From a virus, in IMG/VR virus record IMGVR_UViG_3300038455_000034, positions 1-54,415 of that record: DNA of 54,415 nucleotides; one strand, written 5' to 3'. This document shows positions 46,881-54,415 of the stretch, one piece after another. How positions within the stretch are numbered: position 1 is the first letter of the stretch; each line of letters begins with the position of its first letter. The translations under genes and the position numbers were made by a program. Under the pieces are notes generated by a model. That model was not told where the DNA came from, did not search any database, and was given only the letters and a program-made list of their open reading frames with translations.

Positions 46881-47056
46881 TCAGACGTTTCCGCGTTCAG
46901 AGGGATCCACGTAGCGATATTTCTTTCCTCGCTTGGAGAATTCCCATCGGTTGGTGGCCCTCTTGATCCAGGTGAAGACGTCGAATAGGCTAGGTCCGGA
47001 TACTTCACCTTCAGCCGATTCTCGATTTCTTTCACCGTGAGGGACTGGCCGTTCAT
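46881..47056 (-). pseudogene. Excisionase/AlpA-type HTH gene interrupted by a 1-nt frameshift
   Basis: Frame A reads MNGQSLTVKEIENRLKVKY.. Frame B (-1) reads ..SGPSLFDVFTWIKRATNRWEFSKRGKKYRYVDPSERGNV*. Joined, they form a typical HTH_17 protein. Frame B has no start codon, and frame A runs through the terminator hairpin. Confidence 0.4.
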
Positions 47057-47450
47057 CACTTCTGGGGATGGGTGTTCTGGCCAGAGTTGGATAGGTACGG
47101 GGAGTGCGAAGCAAAACGAGACTTGACCAAGCCTCCGGCAGGGCGCATCCTTGCCTAGTCCCAATGAATACGGCACAGGACAGCGAACGGAGCATCAGCG
47201 GCATGGCTGGGACGCTTCGCAAGTGCGAGCCCGAGAGGGCGGTCGGCGCGATCATGGCGCACAGGCGCGAGGCTGTGATCTCCCAAGGCCGGGGGCAACG
47301 TCATACCAGCGGTGCGGGGGCAGAGCCGCGAGCCCTCCCGCGGTCTGGGTCTTGAGTCTCTTTCGACCCTCCGAAGACTTCGGACTTCCCCGCGCCTTAC
47401 CTAGAATCGCTCAATACGTGGGCGATTCTGCGAGCTACACGTGGCAAGGC

Positions 47451-47480
47451 TTGACATTGCGATACATGTGTGGTCAAGAT
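47451..47480 (+). promoter_or_regulatory. Candidate late promoter/operator upstream of the packaging genes
   Basis: TTGACAttgcgatacatgtgtggtCAAGAT has the same TTGACA-N18-CAA(C/G)AT layout as 24360. TTGAC...GTCAA is an inverted repeat. Confidence 0.3.
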
Positions 47481-47577
47481 TGAGGAGTGGCAGAATCGAA
47501 AGCAAGTTCCGAGCCTGAATCGATTTTCATCCCGCTCGCGTCACTCGCGCCTGACGGGACGCGCCACTCCGACGGTG

Positions 47578-48054
47578 ATGGCGCCGATGGCAGATGACTC
47601 ACCATTTCCGTCCAGCAAGCGCGGCACGAATCCCCGCAGCTTGGCCAACCTGCGCCCGCCGTGTAAGCCGGGCGAGGTCCTCAACCCGGAGGGCAAGAAC
47701 GGCCGCACGCGCGCCGAATTCGTGGCCGCGTTCTTGGAGGAGATCGACGCCACCGAAGTCGGCCAGTCGCTGCAGGCCAAGATCGGCTGCCCCGGGGCCA
47801 CGCGCATCAAGGCGCTGCTCCACCGCGATTGGCTGGCCGGCATGGATAAGAGCGACGTGGCACGAAAGAGTCTGATCGAGCAGTACGCGGGGCGTCCGAA
47901 ACAGCAGGTCGACCTCACGAGCAACGGCGAGACGATGAGCGGCGTCTTCGTCCTGCCCGCCGGCCCCGCGACCGCTGAGGAGTGGGAGAAGCAGCACGGG
48001 CCTGCGGCCGAGACGGAGCCCGAGGGCGACGAATCTAGCGGCGAGGAGACGTGA
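47578..48054 (+). CDS. terS: Terminase small subunit
   Basis: ..KRGTNPRSLANLRPPCKPGEVLNPEGKNGR.. is an N-terminal signature common to small terminases. It is directly upstream of terL. Start chosen at ATG 47578 within ORF 47470..48054. Confidence 0.6.
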   Translation: MAPMADDSPFPSSKRGTNPRSLANLRPPCKPGEVLNPEGKNGRTRAEFVAAFLEEIDATEVGQSLQAKIGCPGATRIKALLHRDWLAGMDKSDVARKSLIEQYAGRPKQQVDLTSNGETMSGVFVLPAGPATAEEWEKQHGPAAETEPEGDESSGEET

Positions 48055-48224
48055 TGGCACCCGTCGAGATGAAGCTGCACGTGCACGTTGCCAAGTGGGT
48101 CGAGCCGCTATTGCACGTGGCCCACGTCCCGCTCGCGCTAGCCCTGTGGGCCGTGCGCCGCTACGGGCTCCGCTACACCGCCGAGACCGACGGTAAGGTG
48201 CAGGAGTGCAGGCAGAGCAACTAG
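48054..48224 (+). CDS. 56-aa ORF between the terminase genes (tentative)
   Basis: tgATG overlap with the terS stop. Translation starts MAPVEMKLHVHVAKWVEPLLHVAHVPLALALWAVRRYGLRY.. It overlaps the terL start by 19 nt. Confidence 0.35.
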   Translation: MAPVEMKLHVHVAKWVEPLLHVAHVPLALALWAVRRYGLRYTAETDGKVQECRQSN

Positions 48225-49747
48225 CGCGCGGGAACTCCGCCGTCCTCTGGCTCCCGACTGACTCCGGTCTCTCGCCGTTCTACCGAGACGCCGCTGGCCG
48301 GCTGGTCGAGGCAGTGTGGGCCGCGCAGGAGGGAAGCCAGCTCGCCTTCATCCACGCGACGCCGATCTTCGAGGTGCTGTTCGAGGGCGAACGCGGCGGC
48401 TGTGGCAAGACCGAGGCGCTGCTGTTCGATTTCTGCCAGCACATTGGCAAAGGCTGGGGTGCAGACTGGCGGGGCATCCTATTCCGTCGCACGTACAAGC
48501 AGCTCCGCGACGTCGAGGCGAAGGCCCTCAAGTGGTTCCCGCGCGTCTACCCCGGCGCGCGCTTCAATGCCCAGGACCATGAGTGGAACTTTCCCACCGG
48601 CGAGGTGTTGCTGTTTCGCTACATGGAGCACCCGCGCGACTACCAGAACTACCACGGGCACGGCTACCCATGGATCGGCTGGGAAGAGCTTGGCAATTGG
48701 GGCGACGATCGCTGCTACAAGCTCATGATGAGCTGCTGCCGCTCCGCCCGCGCCGGCATGCCCCGCTGCTATCGAGCGACCTGCAACCCATACGGCCTCG
48801 GGCACAATTGGATCAAGGCAAGATGGAAGCTCCCACACATGGCGGGCCGGGTGCAGATCGATGAGGAGACGGGAAAGACCAGGCTTGCCATTCACGGCGC
48901 GCTCGCCGAGAACAAAGTCCTGCTCTACGCGGATCCGAAGTACCGCGAGACCGTCGCAGGTGCTGCCCGCAACGAAGCCGAACGCATCGCCTGGACCGGT
49001 GAGGGAGGAGACCCGTGGAACGTCACCAGCGGCGGAATGTTCGACGATCTCTGGCATGGGCGCGTGCACGTCGTGCCACCGATCCCAATGGACAAGATCC
49101 CGCTCCGCTGGAAGGTGGATCGAAGCTTCGACTGGGGCTCGAGTAAGCCGTTCGCAGTGCTTTGGTGGGCGGAGTCCAACGGCGAGCCGTTCGAGCACGC
49201 TGGCCACACCTACGGCCGCGTGCGGGGCGACCTATACGCAGTCGCCGAGTGGTATGGATGGGACGGCAAGAACCGCAACGTGGGCTGCCGCCTGCTCGCG
49301 ACCGCAATCGCCGACGGCATTCGCGATCGAGAAGGCGCCGGCAGGGCGCCCAGCAGGGTCAAGCCAGGACCTGCAGACTCTGCCATCTATGGCGAGGAGA
49401 ACGGCAACAGTGTCGCGCGCGACATGGAGTCGCACGGGGTGACGTGGATCCCGGTGGCCAAAGGTCCGGGAAGCCGTGAGCATGGCTGGCAGCAGCTTCG
49501 CAAGCTACTGACCGGAGCACTGCCGCCAGAGCGCGGCCCGCGCGAGCTTCCGGGGCTGTTCGTGTGCTCCAACTGCGAGCAGTTCATCGAGACTTTCCCG
49601 ACACTGCCGCGCGACGAGACCCACAATGACGACGTCGACACGGACGCCGAGGATCACCTGGCCGACGCCGCGAGGTATCGGGTCTACACCAAGCCGGCTG
49701 AGGAGCCAGTGCCACCCAAAAACTTCCGCGTCGGATTCCCAACCTAG
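48206..49747 (+). CDS. terL: Terminase large subunit
   Basis: 513 aa. It has a Walker-A-like ..FEGERGGCGKTEAL.. and C-terminal nuclease-type acidic motifs (..DDVDTDAEDHLADAARY..). Confidence 0.85.
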   Translation: MQAEQLARGNSAVLWLPTDSGLSPFYRDAAGRLVEAVWAAQEGSQLAFIHATPIFEVLFEGERGGCGKTEALLFDFCQHIGKGWGADWRGILFRRTYKQLRDVEAKALKWFPRVYPGARFNAQDHEWNFPTGEVLLFRYMEHPRDYQNYHGHGYPWIGWEELGNWGDDRCYKLMMSCCRSARAGMPRCYRATCNPYGLGHNWIKARWKLPHMAGRVQIDEETGKTRLAIHGALAENKVLLYADPKYRETVAGAARNEAERIAWTGEGGDPWNVTSGGMFDDLWHGRVHVVPPIPMDKIPLRWKVDRSFDWGSSKPFAVLWWAESNGEPFEHAGHTYGRVRGDLYAVAEWYGWDGKNRNVGCRLLATAIADGIRDREGAGRAPSRVKPGPADSAIYGEENGNSVARDMESHGVTWIPVAKGPGSREHGWQQLRKLLTGALPPERGPRELPGLFVCSNCEQFIETFPTLPRDETHNDDVDTDAEDHLADAARYRVYTKPAEEPVPPKNFRVGFPT

Positions 49748-49758
49748 GAGCAACCACC

Positions 49759-51354
49759 ATGGCTACTACACCAAACGTCGGCTATACGCACCCGGACCTC
49801 GAAGCGATGCTCACGAGGTATAAGACCATCGACGATTGCCTGGCCGGTGAAACGGCGATCAAGAAAGCGGGCCGCAACGGCGATGCCTACCTGATTCGTC
49901 CGGGAGTCAGCATAGAAGCAAGTAGTCCGCCGGCCAATGCTGAGGACGATGATACTATCTCGTCACTGCTCTATGACACAGCGGCAAACGAGGAGCGCTT
50001 TAAGCAGTACGTTGCTCGTGCAGTCTTCTACGGGGTGACCCAGCGGACCCATCGGGGCATGGTCGGCGCGTGCTTCCAGAAGCCGCCGACCATCGAGCTT
50101 CCAGGAACCTTGACAACGCTTGCGGAGAACTGCGACGGGGCTGGAGTGTCGCTTGCCCAACAGGCAGAACGGGTTGTGAGTCTATTGCTCGGTCATGGTC
50201 GCTGCGGGATGCTGGCTGACTGGCCAACCGATGAAATGGACGCTACCCAAGAAGATTTAGTCACGGGTCGGCTTCATCCGACCCTCACGGTCTACCACCC
50301 GGCAAGTGTGATCAACTGGCGCACCGTCGTGGTGGGTGCGTCGCGCGTTCTCTGCCTGGTCGTGATCTCCGAGACCAAGGTTGTCAGCGATGACGGCTTT
50401 GAGTCCAAGACAGAGCAGCGCTGGCGCGTGCTTTCCCTCGGGAACGAGCTGGATGACGACCGTATCACGAAGCCGCTCTATCGTCAGATCGTGTGGAAGA
50501 AGGCCGACCAGGGCGGAGGGTACGAGATCGAAAAGGAGGTCGCGCCGCGCGACGGCCGCGGCAAGCGGTGGACAAAGATCCCGTTCTCGTTTGGTGGCGC
50601 CATCAACAACGACCCCGACGTCGACGAGCCGCCGATCGAGCCGCTGGCCCTGCTCAATCTTGCGCATTACCGCGACTCGGCCGACCTGCAAGAGATGCTG
50701 TATATGGTCGGGCAGGGTACGCCAGTTGTCTCTGGTCTCGACGAGAACTGGGCGAAGGAAATCCTAAAGGGCAAGGTGCAACTGGGCTCGCGCGGCCTGG
50801 TCCCGCTACCGAAAGGTGGAAGCGCTGACCTTCTCCAGCTCGCTCCGAATCAGCTCCTGGTCGAGTGCATGGACCGCAAGGAGCGCCAGATGGTCGCGCT
50901 CGGCGCGAAGCTCGTCGAGCAACGCCAGGTGCAGCGCACGGCCACGGAGGCGGAGATCGAGAACGCCGCCGAGCTGTCCGTCGTCGGGACATGCGTCCGC
51001 AACGCAGAAGCGCTCTATCGGCAAGGTCTCGCGTGGTGCGCGGAATTCCTTCGGCTCGACGGCGCAGGCATCGACTTCAAGATCAACGCCGAGCTCGGCC
51101 TCGGAAGGCTTGCTGCTGGCGATGCTGCTCAGATTCTGGCCGCCTATGATAAGGGCTTGATATCGTGGCCAGAGGCTCGCGACCGCTTGCGCCGGGCGGG
51201 CTACTTCGAGGGAGAAGACGACCAGGCAATGCGCGACATGGCCAAAGACAAGCCGAGCCCGACGAAGATGCCCGTCAGTGACGGCGCGGAAGGCGCAGAT
51301 CCAACGAAGGCAGAAGTTCAGGATAGCATGGGGGACCAGTCGGCCTCCCAGTAG
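49759..51354 (+). CDS. Portal protein
   Basis: 531 aa with RBS taggag, immediately after terL. Size and acidic C-terminus are typical of portals. Confidence 0.8.
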   Translation: MATTPNVGYTHPDLEAMLTRYKTIDDCLAGETAIKKAGRNGDAYLIRPGVSIEASSPPANAEDDDTISSLLYDTAANEERFKQYVARAVFYGVTQRTHRGMVGACFQKPPTIELPGTLTTLAENCDGAGVSLAQQAERVVSLLLGHGRCGMLADWPTDEMDATQEDLVTGRLHPTLTVYHPASVINWRTVVVGASRVLCLVVISETKVVSDDGFESKTEQRWRVLSLGNELDDDRITKPLYRQIVWKKADQGGGYEIEKEVAPRDGRGKRWTKIPFSFGGAINNDPDVDEPPIEPLALLNLAHYRDSADLQEMLYMVGQGTPVVSGLDENWAKEILKGKVQLGSRGLVPLPKGGSADLLQLAPNQLLVECMDRKERQMVALGAKLVEQRQVQRTATEAEIENAAELSVVGTCVRNAEALYRQGLAWCAEFLRLDGAGIDFKINAELGLGRLAAGDAAQILAAYDKGLISWPEARDRLRRAGYFEGEDDQAMRDMAKDKPSPTKMPVSDGAEGADPTKAEVQDSMGDQSASQ

Positions 51355-51395
51355 AAAACCGGGCCAGTGGCCCAAACAACCAAGGAGCAGTGCTC

Positions 51396-52145
51396 ATGGC
51401 AAAGGCGATCGTTCAGAGTCTCGACGGAATCCCGGAGCAGTACAAGACGGACTACAAGCCAATCGAGGGTGGCGCCGGCTTCGCGTTCGACCTCGAAGGC
51501 ATCGAGGAACACCCGCGCGTCACAGCGCTCAAGCGCGCCAAGGACCGCGAGGCGGCCGAAGCGACTGCCGCCAAGGCTGCACTGAGGGACACCACCGAGG
51601 CACTCACCAAGATCAAGGGCGAGCACGAAGCGTTGGCTGCCGAGTTCGAGGAGCGCCTACGGGGCGCGGTTGGCAACAAGGCGGATGACCTCAAGACCCT
51701 GGACGAGAAGTGGGGCAAGAAGCTGAGCGACGCGAAGGAGGCGTCTGCAGCGAACCTGGCAAAGCGGGACGCCGTGATTCACAAGTTCCTAGTGCTGGAC
51801 GCGGCACGTGCAATCGTAGCCAAGATGGGTCCGGCCGAGCCGGAGTACACCGAAGTCATTCTCCCACACGTGGTTCGCCGGCTGACGGTCGAGTACGTCG
51901 GAGACGATGCCAGAACTCGCGTGCTTGACGCGGACGGCAAGCCATCGGCCGACACGGTCGAGGAGCTGGCAGAACATTTTCGTGTTGACAAACGGTTTGC
52001 TCCGTTACTTACTGGAACCAGGGCCCGTGGCGGCAGTGCCGCAGGGGCCGGCCAGGCGAGCAGTGCTCAAGGCAAGATCGACCTATCGAAAGCGACACTC
52101 GAAGAAAAGACAGCGTACTACAAGGCCAAGCAAGGGCTTACGTAG
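51396..52145 (+). CDS. Scaffolding protein (putative)
   Basis: ATG 51396 lies 9 nt after aaggag. It is helical, charged and coiled-coil-like, and sits between portal and capsid. Confidence 0.6.
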   Translation: MAKAIVQSLDGIPEQYKTDYKPIEGGAGFAFDLEGIEEHPRVTALKRAKDREAAEATAAKAALRDTTEALTKIKGEHEALAAEFEERLRGAVGNKADDLKTLDEKWGKKLSDAKEASAANLAKRDAVIHKFLVLDAARAIVAKMGPAEPEYTEVILPHVVRRLTVEYVGDDARTRVLDADGKPSADTVEELAEHFRVDKRFAPLLTGTRARGGSAAGAGQASSAQGKIDLSKATLEEKTAYYKAKQGLT

Positions 52146-52258
52146 CGCGGACAACCGAAAGCGAATCGACTCCGCCGCAGGCAGTGCCGAGCGGTGGCTA
52201 GCTGAGAGGGCAGTGCCCCCAGCGTGGGAACCACAAACACGCAACAAGGGGATACGTC

Positions 52259-53212
52259 ATGGCACTCTCAAACCTCCAGATTTTCGATCAGCAGGTCCGC
52301 ACATCGTTCGTCGAGGAACTCGACCAACAGATCGACCTGTTCAACGCTGCGACCAGGGGCGGCATCACGCTCACGAGCGGAAGCAATCCTGGGGACTTCG
52401 CAAAGCAGAGCTTCTTCAACCGCATCTCTGGGCTCGTCGCCCGTCGTGACCCGACGGACTACACGACATCGATTTCGTCGCTGGAAATCGTCGAGGCTCT
52501 GCAGACCGCGGTCAAGGTCGGCGCCTACGCGAAGCCGGTCAACATTTCGCCGGGCCTCTGGCGGTGGATCGGTACCGATCCGGTTGCTGCCGGCATCAGG
52601 ACCGCAGAGCAGGCTGCCCAAGACGCGATGGCCGACATGGTCAACACCGCGATCGGGGCGTTCGTCGCTGCAGCTCTGCAGGAGGGGACGAACGTCTACG
52701 ACGGCACGGCAGGGAATCTCAGCCATGCATCGATGATCGCAGGCTCCGCCAAGATGGGCGATGCGTTCAATCGGCTCGTCTGCACCGTCGCGCACAGCAA
52801 GGCGTATATGGATCTCCTCGGCGCCAACGTGGCGAACTCGGCAAACCTGTTTGAGTATGGCACTGTGCTGGTCAAGACCGATGTCCTCGGCCGCCCGATC
52901 ATCATCACGGACTCCACGTCGCTGCTCTACACGACTCCGACCCCAGATACCTACTACACGATTTCGCTCGTCCCTGGGGCAATCCAGGTGCAGCGAAACA
53001 ACGACTTCGACCAAACGATCGTCGACGTCACTGGGAAGCCAAACATTATGCGCGTGATTCAGTCCCAATGGAGCTGGGAACTTGGCCTGAAGGGCTTCAG
53101 CTACAACAGCACGCGCGGCCCCACCACGGCTGCGCTCACGACCGGAACCAACTGGACCAAGATCGCAACGTCGAACAAGGACCTCGGAGGCGTCGTGGTG
53201 AAGTCGCAGTAG
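52259..53212 (+). CDS. Major capsid protein
   Basis: 317 aa with RBS aagggga. Position and size support the call, and it is followed by a weak hairpin at 53229-53250. Confidence 0.75.
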   Translation: MALSNLQIFDQQVRTSFVEELDQQIDLFNAATRGGITLTSGSNPGDFAKQSFFNRISGLVARRDPTDYTTSISSLEIVEALQTAVKVGAYAKPVNISPGLWRWIGTDPVAAGIRTAEQAAQDAMADMVNTAIGAFVAAALQEGTNVYDGTAGNLSHASMIAGSAKMGDAFNRLVCTVAHSKAYMDLLGANVANSANLFEYGTVLVKTDVLGRPIIITDSTSLLYTTPTPDTYYTISLVPGAIQVQRNNDFDQTIVDVTGKPNIMRVIQSQWSWELGLKGFSYNSTRGPTTAALTTGTNWTKIATSNKDLGGVVVKSQ

Positions 53213-53282
53213 TCGCTAGGCGTGATGGGCGGCTGCAATTACGTAGCCGCTCTACCGCCACCACTCAACACGAGGATCTATT

Positions 53283-54415
53283 ATGAGTTCAACGGTTGGA
53301 TATCTGACGGCGGCTCCGGTCGCTACGTCAGCAGAGCTTGCCGAGATTGCCATCATTAAGGCGCTCGGTGCCGCTCAATATGAAGTCACCGTTCTGTGTG
53401 GCGCCCCCAAGGCGCAGCTCACGGCGATTACCCTGTCTGCTGCTCAGGCTGACAATTCGTACAACGACGCAGGAGGAGCTATCACCGCGTCGACGATCTC
53501 GGCGGCAGAGTCTGACAACTCCCTGAACGACTCCGGGAGCGGCTTCGTCACCGCAGGATTCCAGGTCGGCCAGGTGCTGACGATTTCAGGGTTCACCGGA
53601 GACACCGACAACAACACGGCCGGAGAGGCGGTGGTGTACAGTGTAACCGCAGCCAAGATGGTGCTCACCGGCGTCACTTTGGCGGATGATTCCGCAGGGG
53701 AATCGGTAACTGTGACATCGGCTGGGCTCTTCCTTGAGCGCGGTTTCAAGGTTGGCCAAGAGATCATGGTCCGTGGCTTCACCGGCAACATCGCGAACAA
53801 CATCGACAGCGGTGTCATCACGGCGCTGACGGCGTCAAAGATGATCATCGGCGGGACGGATGGCGACGTGATCGTCAACGATTCCGCCGGAGAGTCGGTG
53901 ACCATCTGCACCGTCGAGAGTGACGCCACCTACGGAGGGACACTCAAGTCGTTCGACTATCTCGCGGGCACCATCCCCGAGCAATACAAGTCTGGTGGAA
54001 CCCCAGTCGCAACTGTGTTCGACCCTGCGAATCCTCCCGAGGGGCCCGGCATGGCCTCCACCCAAGCCATCATCAGCCACGGCGAAACCGTGGCGGTCAA
54101 GACCAACGGCGGCGCATCTTCGGACAACGCAACCGCGACGGTGGCAGCGCATGCATGCACGGTGGCTCTACCGACGACGAAGACCGTTGTGGAGCATGGT
54201 GACACGCTCGCTCTCACCACAGCAGGAACCGTGACTTTCGGGGTATCTGGTGGAACACTGTCCGGTGACATTGCGGCTACGACTGCGGTGGTTGCCAACA
54301 ATGCCACGACAACCGTCGATGGCAAGACTGTGACGCTGGCTGTTTCGTCGCGCGCTCTCACTGGAGGAACCATCGCAGGAACGCAGAAGATCATGGCTCA
54401 CGGTGATACTGTAAC
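53283..54415 (+). CDS. Capsid-surface / decoration-like protein with internal repeats; runs off the window end and finishes at 1..200
   Basis: ATG 53283 lies 7 nt after gagga, and there is no stop before 54415. The repeated module GF-VGQ-(L/I)x(I/V)xGFTGxxxNN....V..(V/L)TA(A/S)KM(V/I)(L/I).G appears twice. The gene is absent from the ORF track because it lacks an in-window stop. Confidence 0.75.
   Translation, partial: MSSTVGYLTAAPVATSAELAEIAIIKALGAAQYEVTVLCGAPKAQLTAITLSAAQADNSYNDAGGAITASTISAAESDNSLNDSGSGFVTAGFQVGQVLTISGFTGDTDNNTAGEAVVYSVTAAKMVLTGVTLADDSAGESVTVTSAGLFLERGFKVGQEIMVRGFTGNIANNIDSGVITALTASKMIIGGTDGDVIVNDSAGESVTICTVESDATYGGTLKSFDYLAGTIPEQYKSGGTPVATVFDPANPPEGPGMASTQAIISHGETVAVKTNGGASSDNATATVAAHACTVALPTTKTVVEHGDTLALTTAGTVTFGVSGGTLSGDIAATTAVVANNATTTVDGKTVTLAVSSRALTGGTIAGTQKIMAHGDTV
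54289..54415. repeat. Terminal redundancy, identical to 1..127
   Basis: Read directly. Confidence 0.95.

Noticed and set aside
46738-47461. 9-bp direct repeat gacattgcg (46740 and 47453) flanking the low-GC island that holds the frameshifted HTH gene
   Set aside because: It is too short to distinguish from chance in 54 kb. There are no inverted repeats, and no further support for a mobile-element boundary.

Overview
The window is one complete, circularly closed genome of a visibly high-GC tailed phage. The unit length is 54,288 bp, and bases 1-127 are repeated verbatim at 54289-54415, an assembler-type overlap. I call about 85 protein genes. All but three lie on the + strand, and about 40 gene junctions are ATGA, GTGA or TGATG start/stop overlaps.

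Gene order:
- Packaging and head (47.5-54.3 kb): small terminase (47578), large terminase, portal, scaffold and major capsid, then a repeat-containing surface protein that wraps the circular junction.
- Neck and tail (0.2-17.2 kb): head-tail connectors, tail tube, tail chaperone with a probable -1 frameshift, and a 919-aa tape measure. The tail tip is GTA/lambda-like, with a Dit-like protein carrying 19 tandem repeats, a gpL-like DUF2163/BR0599 protein and a 1177-aa gpJ-like protein. A 1009-aa tail fibre follows.
- Accessory and lysis block (18.1-24.2 kb): papain-like C1 protease, Cys-rich lipoproteins, a CCHC zinc-knuckle protein, RuvC and a CHAP endolysin.
- Regulatory region (24.3-26.1 kb).
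- Array of hairpin-separated small ORFs ending in a pentapeptide-repeat protein (26.1-28.3 kb).
- Recombination module (29.4-31.8 kb): PD-(D/E)XK exonuclease, HNH-AP2 endonuclease and a Sak4-like ATPase.
- Mosaic block (31.8-40.8 kb) containing a phage sigma factor.
- Replication (40.8-43.5 kb): organiser protein and a primase-helicase fusion.
- Small Cys-rich proteins, Dam methylase and a lytic transglycosylase (43.5-46.7 kb).

I recognised no tRNA, rRNA, CRISPR array, integrase or reverse transcriptase.

Most unusual observations:
- A 471-bp low-GC cassette (36726-37196) has 22-bp terminal inverted repeats and an 8-bp flanking duplication.
- A 1.5-kb sigma-factor cassette is bracketed by a perfect 21-bp direct repeat sitting on gene junctions.
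- A small-gene array shares a conserved junction element.
- Four separate near-perfect coding or near-coding microsatellite tracts occur: 32 x 15 bp pentapeptide, 29 x GGTCGN, about 72 x GCYGMY, and (Thr-X)n.

All functional calls rest on motif recognition by eye, because no database search was possible.
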